Assembly (NCBI RefSeq): GCF_006345805.1
Contig: NC_042997.1
Coordinates: 39,928,001-39,992,000, forward strand
Length of the DNA: 64,000 bases
Direction: 5' to 3'
Source of the DNA: Octopus sinensis
Taxonomy: Eukaryota
The position numbers were made by a program, and so were the translations under genes. Below are positions 52,548-64,000 of the stretch, in pieces. Each line of letters begins with the position of its first letter. Within the stretch, counting starts at the first letter, position 1. The notes beneath the pieces are model-generated. The model was not told the DNA's origin. It saw only the letters and a list, made by a program, of their open reading frames with translations, and ran no database searches.

Positions 52548-53997
52548 ATACTAACAACAACAACAACAACGACCTATTTAGCCTCTGATGTCAGTCGGCC
52601 ATTATCATGAAAGTTAAACCAAAACAGCTTTTCAAACAGTTTTAGAATGCCCAGAAAAATTACTACATACATGTAAAGTTATGTTGAACTGATTCATTTT
52701 CGACCAGATATCGCTATTTGGTCCAATATCTTCCCGATCTGAACAGCGTTGTTTTTGATATGAAAGTATTTGTCATGTCTGTCATGTCCATTTTTGTCAC
52801 ACACGTCACACCAAGTCCATGAGAATTGTGACATTATTGCCCAGCAAATTCATTAGCATTTCTTTAAATTTCAAGGTCGATGTAAGTAAACATTTTGCTG
52901 GTTTGTAGACATTCAGAAGAATTAGCAGTTAATATTTTTCGGTGAAAAAAAGTTATTTTATGTGATGTCGCACATATCAAACATTTGGGACCCTTTTCAA
53001 AAATTTCAACATACATTCCAGGTAAAAACTTTAAACAATATTGTGAAAAAATGAATCAATACAAATTTTTTAAATGCTTATAGCTTAGATATTTTATAAT
53101 TGTTGTTTCTGACTGCCAGATACGTCACACGAAAATAGCCCAATAAATGCATTTAATTTCTTTCACACATACAAAATATTGGTTTCAAATTTTGGCACAA
53201 GGCCAGTAATTTCCACGTAGAAAGAAAATTTTGTGACATGCTTGTCCCAAATATTCTATTTTTCTGTGTGTTACCCCATTTTCAGAATTACTTTCTCTCA
53301 ACTGAGACTAGCGAAGTATGTGTTCCTTTTATTTGTTTGGTTCGCCGTTTGTAAAGTCATTTTTTTTGGGGGGGGGGGAATGAGGTGCAAATGCCTGTGC
53401 TTGCTAGTTTAAATTATCAGATCTTTTTTAGTTTTCATTTTTTGTTTCCTTTTATTATTGTGGGGTTAGTTATTTTACATTTTTTGTTTTTGGATGAAAG
53501 GGGTTAAAGTAATCCGTTGGGATTAAATAGAGATTTAGATAAAATTCCTTTTCATCATTATCATAGATATAAGGATATTTTGGGGTTTCTTGTAATTTTT
53601 CAATGTAAAAAGGATATTTTGGGGTTTCTTGTAATTTTTCAATGTAAAAAGAAAAGGTAAGATTGTGTGTACAAAATTCTTGAAAGCTTGTTGAAAATTC
53701 TTAGGAACATATTCGCCAGAAGATGAAGACATTTTGTTACACAACTAAGCGAATATAGACAAATAAAATAGAAATGATCAGCAGCAAACCATAATTTTGT
53801 CCGTTCGAAAGTAAAAGATATGTTTACTGAAATATTCCGAAGTGAAATAATTCAAAATCATTTTTTCCTTAAGTGCAAACATACCTTTCTAAAGAGCTAC
53901 AAACATGTTTGTTCTCCTGAAAACAAAAATATCAAAAGCAGCAGCCGCAACAGCAACCGCAACAGCAGCAACTATAATAATTTCTTTAATTTGCTTC

Positions 53998-54680
53998 GAG
54001 GGAGTTTGGTCTTGATAGCCTTTCGTAACTGCCTCAGTAAGTTGGCATAGTACCCTCCATTGGTGGTGTGGCCCTTTTCAAGATAGTCAATAAGCACAAT
54101 GCCCTTTGCATCCCACCAAAATTGAGATCATCATCTTCCCTTCAGATGAATCGACCTTGGCATTATTTGGAGCAGGTGAGGAGGCGGTGTTTCCACTGCA
54201 TGAATTGTCCTTTTCTCTTTGGCTCAAAGGTATGAAGTCAACTCTCATCCTGTGCTAGGAAAAACGTTCAAAGAAACCAGTCGAATCTGTCTGAAACAAT
54301 GTCAGATTTTCCTCTGATGTGTTTCAGTCTGGAGCACTATTTGATCAGGTGTCAGATGGCGTGACACCCACCGGGCGGAAATCTTCGTCATACTATGTTC
54401 ATTGTGCTGAACATTTTCAACTCTCTCTCGGGATATGCTAATAGCATTGGCTATTTGGTTTATAGTTAATCGCCTGTCATCGATCACCATGTGATGAACA
54501 CAATTAATGTTTACCTCGCTTGTGTCAGCAGCAGAATCTCCCTTCCCCATATAAATTCAACTGCCCACTTTTGCACTGGTGATAAAGCTGGAGCATTATC
54601 CCAAATGTAGCAACCATGTCAGCATGAATGTCCTTGGGAGTAAAACCATTTTTCTGCAGGTACTTCCAACCGATGTCTCC
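53998..54680 (-). mobile_element. Mariner transposase remnant (same family as 34141)
   Basis: KYLQKNG..PKDIHADM, DRRLTINQIA, ARWV..LTPDQ, WDAKGIVLIDYLEKG and LRQLRKAIKTK. Confidence 0.9.
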
Positions 54681-55153
54681 AACTTAAAGACACATGCTTG
54701 GTATAGTTTCATTCACCCTAACTCTTTTCTCTATAGTCATCCATGTTTTGACAAAGTCGCTGAAGAAAATCTCTTCCGTCTTCGTTTTCACTCTCCTTTG
54801 CAAGTGAAACTTGCAGTTAATGACCACTTTCCCTAAGAGGAAGGCGCCCAATCATTTCAGCCTCGTCCACCACGCAACATATTTTGCTATGGCCCCTTTT
54901 ACAAAGGAACACTGCTTGCTCCGCCTTGTTAAAGGCAGGTGGTGAGGCGATCCTCATGCTGGGACTCCGCCCATAGCCGAATTCGTCCTACACACGAAAA
55001 CAACTGTTCGATATTACTACACAAGTTAACAATGCTCGGACACTTTGAGATGGATTCCTTTAGTACAAATGAGGAATCTCTCTTCTCCCCAAATGAAATG
55101 AACTTCACAGTCTTTCCCATGATCAACAAAGATATAATAGACAACGTATATGG

Positions 55154-55527
55154 TGGAAGCACTCCGTTGGTTACGACGACGAGGGTTCCGGTTGATCTGA
55201 TCAATGGAACAGCCTGCTCGTGAAATTAACGTGTAAGTGGCTGAGCACTCCACAGACACGTGTACCCTTAACGCAGTTCTCGGGGATATTCAGCGTGATA
55301 CAGGGAGTGACAAGGCCGGCCCTTTGAAATACAGGTACAACAGAAACAGGAAGTAAGAGTGAGAGAAAGTTGTGGTGAAAGCGGGGGTCACCACCATCCC
55401 TGCCGGAGCCTCGTGGAGTTTTAGGTGTTTTCGCTCAATAAACACTCACAACGCCCGGTCTGGGAATCGAAACCGCGATCCTACGACCGCGAGTCCGCTG
55501 CCCTAACCACTCGGCCATTGCGCCTCC
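55154..55527 (-). mobile_element. SINE family A, full length
   Basis: 11-bp TSD GACAACGTATA at 55140-55150 and 55532-55542. Confidence 0.95.
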
Positions 55528-56114
55528 ACGCGACAACGTATATAACTTTCTTGGGGTAAAAGGGGGCTTTCCAGGCGAAGTTGCGAATCAACGAATAGAT
55601 GTAGCAATGACAATTTCTTTGTACGACAGCCGACTGCAGAATGTGTGCTCTGACCCAAGAACACATTCCAGCAAATTCTGGACGCAATAGCTTTAAGCTA
55701 TAAGGGGGAAAAAAAAAAATATCGGCATCCCCAGAACTGTGGGTTACCATGATCAATGTCATCCATTTCGAGCCCATTTATGCATTTTCTGTTTTTGTGA
55801 GAGACTTAGGAAGTAAAGCGCAGTTCTTTAGATTATTATTTTTATTGGCTGCTACTTTATAAGCTTCTAGCGTTGTTTTGAGTCTGACATGTTCCATTTT
55901 CTGTACTTTTTACGTATGCTATTCGAATTCTTTTTTTTTTTATATAATAATTTAACATGATAATATAGTCTTCATCCTTATTGTCTGTTATTTCTTGTGA
56001 TTGCGAGACGGAATCGTTTCAAGCGGTCATATGAACTACGCCCCGATGGTTTGTTTATGCATAACATCAGATCAATGATCATTATGAACATCTGTAATAT
56101 ATTAATTATATCTG

Positions 56115-56162
<48 letters not shown>

Positions 56163-56169
56163 TATATAT

Positions 56170-56396
56170 AGGGAGAGTTTACGAAAAAACCAAAAGACGA
56201 AGACAAGTCGTGTACAAAACAAGCAAATGTATTAGTATAGCGCTCAGGAATAGAAAAAGTATTTTACGTTTCGAGCCTACGCTCTTCTACAGAAAGGGAC
56301 ACAGAAAAGAAACAAGGAGAGAAACAAGGAGAGAAACAAGGAGAGAAACAAGGAGAGAAAAAAATGTGTGTAGTGGCTAACGATCTATCATGGCGA

Positions 56397-56400
<4 letters not shown>
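56170..56400 (-). mobile_element. Penelope-like terminal fragment with a hammerhead-like variant (56263-56295)
   Basis: Minus strand TTT-CTGTAGA-A-GAGC-GTAG-GCTC-GAAAC-GT-A-AAA. Downstream TCCTGAGCG is shared with the 34.0 kb family. Flanked by (TA)n. Confidence 0.62.
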
Positions 56401-56450
<50 letters not shown>

Positions 56451-56734
56451 CGAGTATTACGCAATTATCTATCAACATTTACATTTTTTAAAATTTGATT
56501 AGTTGTTTTTTAATCGTTGTTAGATATTTTACGAAGTAGTGAAGTAGTATTCTCTCATGCTAAGCGTGTGTTTTGTTGCTGTTGTTGAAGCTGAAGTCGT
56601 AGTCTATCATCGCCACTGCCACCACCGCTACCAACACCAACGCCGTCACCACTACTGCTGCTGATTTTATGCTAGGTTTTACCGCTCTACAAAGTGTATA
56701 TTTCTGTTACATGAGCGCGTGCAACATTGACTTC

Positions 56735-57154
56735 GGATCTTTTCGGTTTGAACGGCAGTTTTTTCTAGCGGTGTCATATGAAATTGTCACCCATAATTAT
56801 GACCCTAGTATCGATCTATTGCATTTCTATCTATTTCAAGGTTAGGGTTAGGGGTGGGGTGAGGGTATCTTTTTTTCTTCACAAATGTAAATAAACCCAA
56901 TCTGTTTCTTAAACGAGGGACATATTCATACGGCACAGAATGTTTTTTTTTACCTCAATGGACGTAATTGATTGGTTGAAATTGCAGAAATTGAAGAAAA
57001 AAAAACTACAAATATCTTACAAACTATAGAATTTTCTCAATAAAGCCAAGAGAAAAAGATGTTTTATAAACACATTCTACCAGTATACGAAGTTTAACAT
57101 TTTTTAGTTACCTAGAAATTATGTTAAAAACTGCCGTTCAAACCGAAAAGATCC
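56735..57154. mobile_element. MITE with 29-bp perfect TIRs and an 8-bp TSD, carrying TTAGGG repeats
   Basis: TIR GGATCTTTTCGGTTTGAACGGCAGTTTTT. TSD TTGACTTC at 56727-56734 and 57155-57162. Confidence 0.92.
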
Positions 57155-57182
57155 TTGACTTCTAGTAATGTAGTGTTGCATC

Positions 57183-57608
57183 TATAATGGGAGGCCATTG
57201 TTAACCAAGATACCTGTAGGGTATCTTGTGTCTCCCATTATAAATTTAAATCCAGTCAAACGAAGTATCAAGTCAAGACAAATGAGATAACAAATCCGAA
57301 TAACATTTATTTTCAGGCTCGAAGTTTGGCTCTCGTTAACCATCTCTAGCGCAGTGTAGTGTCCGCCGTGTTTGGATGTGTGAAGCAGCGAGTTGCTGCT
57401 TCTAGCGTGAGAGGCGCGCGGGAAGAGAGTGAACAAACTCAAGAACTGTCTTATATAGGTGTCCTTCCGGAAAGGCTTACTGTCTCGTTGCGCATGCCCA
57501 CCGGAAGTTTGTGAGATCTCGCTCCGGTGTGGAGCAGCTAATGGCTGCCAGCGAGATCTCACTATGGCGCGTCTGTCATTCAATATGGCCCGTCTGTGCG
57601 ACGCTACA
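57183..57608 (-). repeat. 3' LTR
   Basis: Begins TGTAG on the minus strand, is preceded by PPT GCGGGGAGCCC (57609-57623), and is homologous to 59784-60207. Confidence 0.9.
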
Positions 57609-57859
57609 AAGGGCTCCCCGCTGAGAATTCAGGTTCGAAATTAAAAAGTTGTAGGAGAGTACAAGAACGCAGAGAATGACAGTGAGAGTAGATAACAATA
57701 AGTGTTGCACAATGAAATAAGTGAAAAAAGAAAATTGATTACAATCAAAATACAAGAGACATGCACAAACTGATCTTTGCAAAGTTGAACGTCAAGGCAT
57801 TGAAATGTTCAGCACACAAGAAAATAAATGTCTTTTCATAGGAAAGAAAAAGAAAAAAA

Positions 57860-58051
57860 TGTCATATATAAGGGACCGTTTGTCAAACGAATCGTTCATA
57901 GTCGACACCGGTTCTAGTTGTTCTATTTGGCCTTTGCGTCTCGTTACAGACAAGCCAAAACGCCCAGAAATCACCTTGCACGCGGTCAATTGGTCTCTCA
58001 TCGCGACATACGGCCAGGTTTCCTTACACCTTGACATTAATCTTCATCGAC
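57860..58051 (+). pseudogene. Gypsy aspartic protease fragment, inverted relative to the element
   Basis: YIRDRLSNESFIVDTGSSCSIWP..LHAVN..IATYGQVSLHLDINL, with DTG at 57904-57912. Confidence 0.85.
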
Positions 58052-58830
58052 TGGAAGGAACAAGGCTGAATGCAACTTACGGTCTTTATGCATATATATC
58101 TGGCGTGGTGCCAACAGGGATCGGAGCTAGGTGAAAAGGAATCGGTTGAGCATGAACGGGACTGGTTTCGACCGTTAGGGCGCGAAGAGTTAGAGCGTCC
58201 TTCCCAAAGCGCGTCCATTCGCCGTGTCAAGGTTTCAAGTCTCTCCAAAATATCGTCATGTGACGAGGGAGAAGACTTGTCAGAGGCAGTGGAGGAAACC
58301 TCGGAGCAAGAGTAGACATGGCGTGGTGCTGACTGGATAGCGAACTCTAAATTTTTATTGGCCATGGTAGCTAGTTGATCTACGGTGTTGGTATCAACCG
58401 CTGTGGCTAAGGTGGTTTGCACATTGGGAGATAGACGGGAGAAGAAAAGCTTTAACAAAAGTGAGTTATCCTCGGATGTGTCACTGAGTTCGCGTAAATG
58501 CCTTAAGAGTTGAGACGGCGGCGTCCTGTCGGTCGCCTAGCTCTTCATCCTGCATGATTTGCTTAAACTTACATTCCGCGGATTTAGTATTCCATCGGAG
58601 AATCTCGGACTTAACTACCTCGTAAGTCGCATCCGGGCGAGGGTCGGTGATTAGGTCCCTCACTGAACTGGCGAGTGGGTCAGGAAGGTCACAAAAGAGA
58701 TTTGATTGTCGCTGCGAAGGTACCGCATGTGCCGCGAAATAAGCCTCCAGCTGTGCAACCCAAAGCGTGACGCCACCAGTGAAGGAAGGAAGATTAGGGA
58801 AACTTCCTGTTTTCGTTACTCGTCTTTTGT
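58052..58830 (-). pseudogene. Gypsy gag remnant
   Basis: NLPSF..LWVAQLEAYF, VRDLITDP..YEVVKSEIL, EELGDR, LFFSRL..VQTTLA and CWHHARY..C..PC. Confidence 0.88.
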
Positions 58831-59761
58831 CACAGAAGAAAACTAAGGAACCGACAAAGAGTGTTACTTGGAAGAAACAAGAAAGAGTGTGTGCAGATAA
58901 CGAGAGATAGAATATCTCTTAACGAAATTTTGTTAAGTCGTGTACTGCGTGCACAAAGGAGAAAATTTTTTCTTCGTTGCTAAACCTGTTTTTGTGCTGA
59001 AAACAAAAAAGCAAAAATACCAAAAAATAATCATTATTTTATGTGTGTGTAATAATAATAATTTTTTTCGTGTGGTTCTTCCGTTTTTTTCTCTCTTTTT
59101 TATCGGTGTTGACACCGTGCAGAAAATCAGCAAAGATGGCGGGAAAATCAGTTCTGTTCTGCCAGCACGTGGACGAAAATTGAATACTTTGGTCACTCCA
59201 GCAAATGGTGGCTTGAAGTGGGCCGTCGTTTTTTTCCCTGTTGATATTACGAGCGGAAATAACAGTTGCATTGCTGGAAAATGTGTTTTTCCTGCTTGTT
59301 GAGACTTTTTCGTTTCAGCCAAGTTTTTTACGATAGGACTTTCTAGGCTGCTCTAAAAATATCTTCCGTAGCTGTTCACCATTTATAATGGTAATTTAGA
59401 CTTGTCTTTATCTGTGGTCACAGAGACAGTTGTAAACGTTGGAAAGAATTAACTGATATGCATTCTGTTTTATGTCTACAGGCGTCTAACTGTATGTAGT
59501 TGTTGCTGTCAGCCACTTGGTGAAGTAAGTTCACAAACAAGTAGAAAAAAACAAAAAAACAGAGTTGTGTGTTGACGTTATGAAGATAGTGTCAGTGACA
59601 GTGGAAATACATCAGTATAGTGGTGGCGTTGGTGGCGAGAGACGGTCTGGCCTGCAGGTTGTATATTAGCTGTGAAATCGACGGTGAAATAATTCACAAA
59701 CAGTGCTGTATAAAAACCTGTGCGAGTTGCTGTGTACGTCTCTTGGCTTGCATATTCATTT

Positions 59762-59779
59762 CACGTTCAGGGGTTACCA
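59762..59779 (-). other. Primer binding site, tRNA-Trp-like
   Basis: TGGTAACCCCTGAACGTG just inside the 5' LTR resembles the common TGGTGACCCCGACGTG Trp PBS. Confidence 0.6.
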
Positions 59780-59783
59780 TTTT

Positions 59784-60207
59784 TATAACGGGAGGCCATT
59801 GTTGGCCAAGATACTGGTAGGGTATCTTGTGTCTCCCATTATAAATTTAAATCCAGTCAAACGAAGTAACAAGTCAAAGACAAAGTGAGCTAACAAATCC
59901 GAATAGCATTTATTTACAGGCTCGAAGTTTGGCTCTCGTTAACCATCTCTAACGTAGTGTAGTGTTCGCCGTGTTGTATGTGTGAGGCAGCGAATTGCTG
60001 CTAGTGACACGAGCTGCTTCTAGCGTGAGAGGCGCGCGAGAACGGAGAGTGAACAAGCTCAAGAGCTGTCTTATATAGGTGTCCTTCTGGAAAGGCTTAC
60101 TGTGTCGTTGCGCATGCCCACCAGAAGTTTGTGAGATCTCGCTCCGGTGTCGAGCAGCTAATGGCTGCCAGCGAGATCTCAATATGGTGAGTCTGTGTGA
60201 CACTACA
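59784..60207 (-). repeat. 5' LTR
   Basis: Begins TGTAG on the minus strand and is homologous to 57183-57608 with several indels. Confidence 0.9.
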
Positions 60208-62521
60208 CATCTGTGTACGTCATTTGTTTTATTCTAATTTACTTTATCTCTTAGTCCGGAGGAACGAGCAAAACCAACTTCACATGGTCATTGAAACTGG
60301 TGGTAGAAAGAGAGGGAGGCATTTTCAACGGGATACCCGGCGCGAATGCTTGCAACAAGAGTCAGGTGCCCGAGTAACAACACAACCTGGACCAAGTCTT
60401 AGTGGTAGTGCTGTGACCCGGGTAACAGTTAAGTCTACTACCCCGATAGGTCTTATTTGAAATCAAAGGCATAGCACCAGATAATATTCCGTTCTACACT
60501 CCAATAATTCCTCTCATCTACCGCCCCAAACTGTTATTTTATACAATTTCTTTATGAAGTGAGATAATCTACTGTAATGTGAGAATTGTTGAAACGATTG
60601 ATATTCAATAACTGATAAAGAGAGAGACTAGAATGTTTTCTCATCAACTTTTCAACAGATATCCACTTTCTGCTTTTCAACTATTCAGGTTTCTTATAAG
60701 TGGAAGTATAGAAAAACGTTTTTCGCATGCAATGATGTTTTCCTTTTGAAATACATTGGAAAGAATAATTCTAAATATTATGTTTGAAAAATGAAGTGAG
60801 GATTGTATTGGCAGCAGTGTTAATATTTTCACAACCTGTGATATTAATGTAACGGCAAAAGTCCTGTCAAAATGAAATGGAATTCGGACAACTGAATGTA
60901 AAAAATTTGTGAATTTCTGTAAATGTGTTTTTTCTATTATTCTAAATATTAGTTCGAGGTAAAAGAGTTTCATTTCGCCACCAAAAGAAAGAGAAAAAAA
61001 AAAACCCAGTACTTAATGAAAGAAAGAAACTGGGACAGATTACTACATTACTTTTGATTTGTAGATAATGTTCGAGCAGACAATTTCAGCAGATTTTTGC
61101 GTTGGAACCGCCCCCGCCCAAACACGGGTTCAATACAGATATTTTGAGCAAAACTAACAAACAAATACGTCAGTGCTATCGTCTCTAGAAACGTAGCTTT
61201 CTTTCTTTCTTTTTTTCGGTCTTTCTCGAGTCAAAAACTAAAATAAGTAGTATTCAGATTTCGTAAGAGAGATTATATCAGTTATCTTCCTCAAGCTACA
61301 AATACTACGCAACACATTTATGCACTATAGCTGGATGTAACTTCTGACGTATATATTCGTGCTAGCATCAATTAAATATGGCTCGGTGACGTACAACAAA
61401 ACTATCTGAATGGGAATATATCTGATCGAACCAGCTGCTCTTAAATATATCTCTCTAATCTCCCTGCTGACATTTTAATCGATATTTTGATTCTTGTTCT
61501 TCACTACCGAAAAAATCCTTTACAGCAACAATGTATCAGTTCGATTTCAGAGGACACCTATACGTTATCTTTTCAATCTATTTTACAACTTGTTTCACAC
61601 TTTGTATTATACTGCTCTTATACTCATTAATAACATGGAGTACTGAACAATCTACATGGTTTTCTTTATCTTACAGTTGTCGCTGAAATCGTTATATAAA
61701 CTAATAAAGAGATAGCTATAATGAAAACATATTAGAAATTGTGCTTTACACACACGTGTGTGTGTGTGTATTTGTATGTATGTACAAACTTTCTGATTAT
61801 CATCTTGCAGTCTCTCCTAGACTTCTGCTATGTTGGCGTTGATAGCGATTAACAGAAATACGTAAACATTTACGTAAGAACTTCCCAAGCCCATCATCGT
61901 TTTAACCGATGAAAGAAGGCAGGATTTGAACTCAGAATCCAGGGCACCAGAATAAATACCACACGTCATAACAAACTATTTTATATATTTAAATGCTTTT
62001 TGCAATAAAGAAACACTTTATTCAAATGGCTCTGAGGAAGCTGTAAGATGTTGCACTGGCACTTAATACTGGGTGCATGGTTTCTTATCAAAGAAACTAC
62101 TGCAAGCTAATGAAAGTGATTACAAAACTTTGCTTTCGTTTTTGTCATTCATTTTAAATCAATATTACACTCTGTAATGTCCTGCTGGTTTAGTGTAAAT
62201 TATAAGTATTGCTAGTTCTAACAACTGGTTTTCAGTATCACAATAGCTAACCCTAAGCGATTTCATTTTGTATGTTTGAAAAGGTTTAACGAAAGCCATC
62301 ACACACTAGAAAAAAAAACTTCTTCTCTAAAAAGGCTAGTAACATCCTCATAAAAGATTTCATAACATGCTTTTGAAACATATTTTTTTAAAAAATCACC
62401 TTTATACTTCAAAAACTGTATTAAATAATCCTCATAGACTTTCAAATATATATATATATAATATATATATATATTTGGCGATTTTGGCCACTACTCGAAT
62501 TTCACGTTATGCGAATTTCAC

Positions 62522-62554
<33 letters not shown>

Positions 62555-62985
62555 TTGGTGATTTTGGCCACTACTCGAATTTCACGTTGTGCGATCGTTC
62601 AGCTGAATATTTTTTCTTGTACAATCTTTAAAATTCCTTTGTTCTTGCAGAAGTATTACATAATAAATTCCTTTTTTTATTTTTTAACAATTATTATTTG
62701 ACAGAGATTTGACGCGATCTATTGATGCATTTGATTCCGTGTGTAGCTGTAGCTAATTTTTGTATTATTCATATTGAAAAAAAAAACATATAATACGTAT
62801 GGTTGGGTGGAAAATGCTAAATGATTAACACAAATTAATCTTTCACATATTGATTGGTACAGTTAGGCTGAAGACCAGGTTCAAATTAAAGTCTTTTTAG
62901 CTTCTATTTCTGAAATTTTGATTCATTTGCTTAACATTAAGCATGAACACTAACGAAACACCGTTATAAAAAAGAGGGGTCGGAT

Positions 62986-63220
62986 TTCTCTTTTCTCTCT
63001 CTTTTTACTTGTTTCAGTCATTTGACTGCGGCCATGCTGGAGCACCGCCTTTAGTCGAGCAAATCGACCCCGGGACTTATTCTTTGTAAGCCCAGTACTT
63101 ATTCTATCGGTCTCTTTTGCCGAACCGCTAAAGGACGGGGACGTAAACGCACCAGCATCGGTCGTCAAGCAATGCTAGGGAGACAAACACAGACACACAA
63201 GCACACACACACACACATAC

Positions 63221-63254
<34 letters not shown>

Positions 63255-63441
63255 ATATATATATATACATATATATACGACAGGCTTCTTTCAGTTTCCG
63301 TCTACCAAATCCACTCACAAGGCATTGGTCGGCCCGGGGCTATAGCAGAAGACACTTGCCCAAGATGCCACGCAGTGGGACTGAACCCGGAACCATGTGG
63401 TTCGTAAGCAAGCTACTTACCACACAGCCACTCCTGCGCCT
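62986..63441 (-). mobile_element. SINE family C, full length
   Basis: Head, microsatellite and tail. Confidence 0.92.
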
Positions 63442-63639
63442 ATCCTGCGATTGAGTATTATTTTGAGAGGATAAATTACTTATGCCAGAGAGTTGTACTT
63501 TGTTGGGTTGGGTGGTTAGAATTCACGTCGCCCAAAGTTTATGGAGCATGAAATACGGTCAGCGACGAAAGCCTCTGTTCACCATCAATTGAGTATTATC
63601 TTCCGTTTTCATTTATCAACCTAACTCATGGACCATGAG

Positions 63640-63990
63640 TATAATGTTAGGGTGTTAGGGTTAGGATTTTAGGGTTAGGGTTAGAGTTTTAGGGTTAGGG
63701 TTAAGGTTTTAGTATTAGGGTTGTCATAAATAACAGTGACAAACGAAATATACAGCGCCGGAAGTTCTTGTTGACAAACAACAGCAGTAATTTTAGTCAG
63801 CTGAATACACGTCATTGATTGGTTGAAATTACCGAAACACTACAACTTCAACGTGAAATAACTTCCTAAATATAAGCTTTTCTCAAAAACGCTGAGAGTA
63901 AAAGATGTATTATATACACATTATACCAGTGTTCGAAGTTTGAAAGTGCTTAGTTACAAAAAAAAAATATTTTTAAAATCTGTCTGTCAA
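63640..63990 (+). mobile_element. Diverged relative of the 56.7-kb MITE with an expanded degenerate (TTAGGG)n
   Basis: Shares ATTGATTGGTTGAAATT and AAAGATGT..ACACATT.TACCAG..CGAAGTTT with 56960-57100. Confidence 0.65.
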
Positions 63991-64000
63991 AATGTAAAGA

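Larger units (their letters stand above)
57183..60207 (-). mobile_element. Internally deleted Gypsy LTR retrotransposon
   Basis: Two diverged LTRs, TSD CATC(T) at 57179 and 60208, PBS, PPT, gag and protease. No RT, RNase H or integrase. Confidence 0.9.

Noticed and set aside
53571-53650. 39-bp tandem duplication; also the 12-bp x4 repeat at 56310-56360 and a 47-bp-period duplicate at 13700-13775
   Set aside because: These are ordinary local slippage events with no further structure.
60256-60421. Strong acceptor followed by an open frame next to the LTR
   Set aside because: The donors are weak and there is no recognisable product.
63640-63722. True telomere near the window end
   Set aside because: The repeats are short, degenerate and embedded in a MITE-related sequence that continues.

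Overview
AT-rich eukaryotic DNA made almost entirely of repeats, probably intronic or intergenic. The SINE, microsatellite and Penelope repertoire points to an octopus/cephalopod genome; that is inferred from family recognition, not a search. No host gene could be assembled, and only isolated weak exon candidates plus one ARF-like motif were seen. The window holds three abundant tRNA-derived SINE families (A, B, C) plus a hybrid, many with clear target-site duplications (TSDs). It also holds R4/Dong-type RLE LINEs sitting in (TAA)n tracts, one nearly full length at 48.6-52.0 kb, and CR1, Tx1/L1 and RTE fragments. DNA elements include mariner and DD37D-type remnants, hAT-type and other MITEs, and three non-autonomous Helitrons. 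A deleted Gypsy provirus carries an inverted protease. The most notable observations are: (1) minimal type I hammerhead ribozyme motifs of two families in Penelope-like termini, one arranged as a 79-bp fold-back; (2) a six-unit head-to-tail SINE array whose junction matches an apparent GGTA/TATA target preference; (3) a LINE 3' end sharing a covarying stem-loop with SINE family C; (4) several long near-perfect palindromes; and (5) repeated (TA)n-bounded tandem duplications. Coordinates were counted by hand, and the ends of degenerate elements are approximate.
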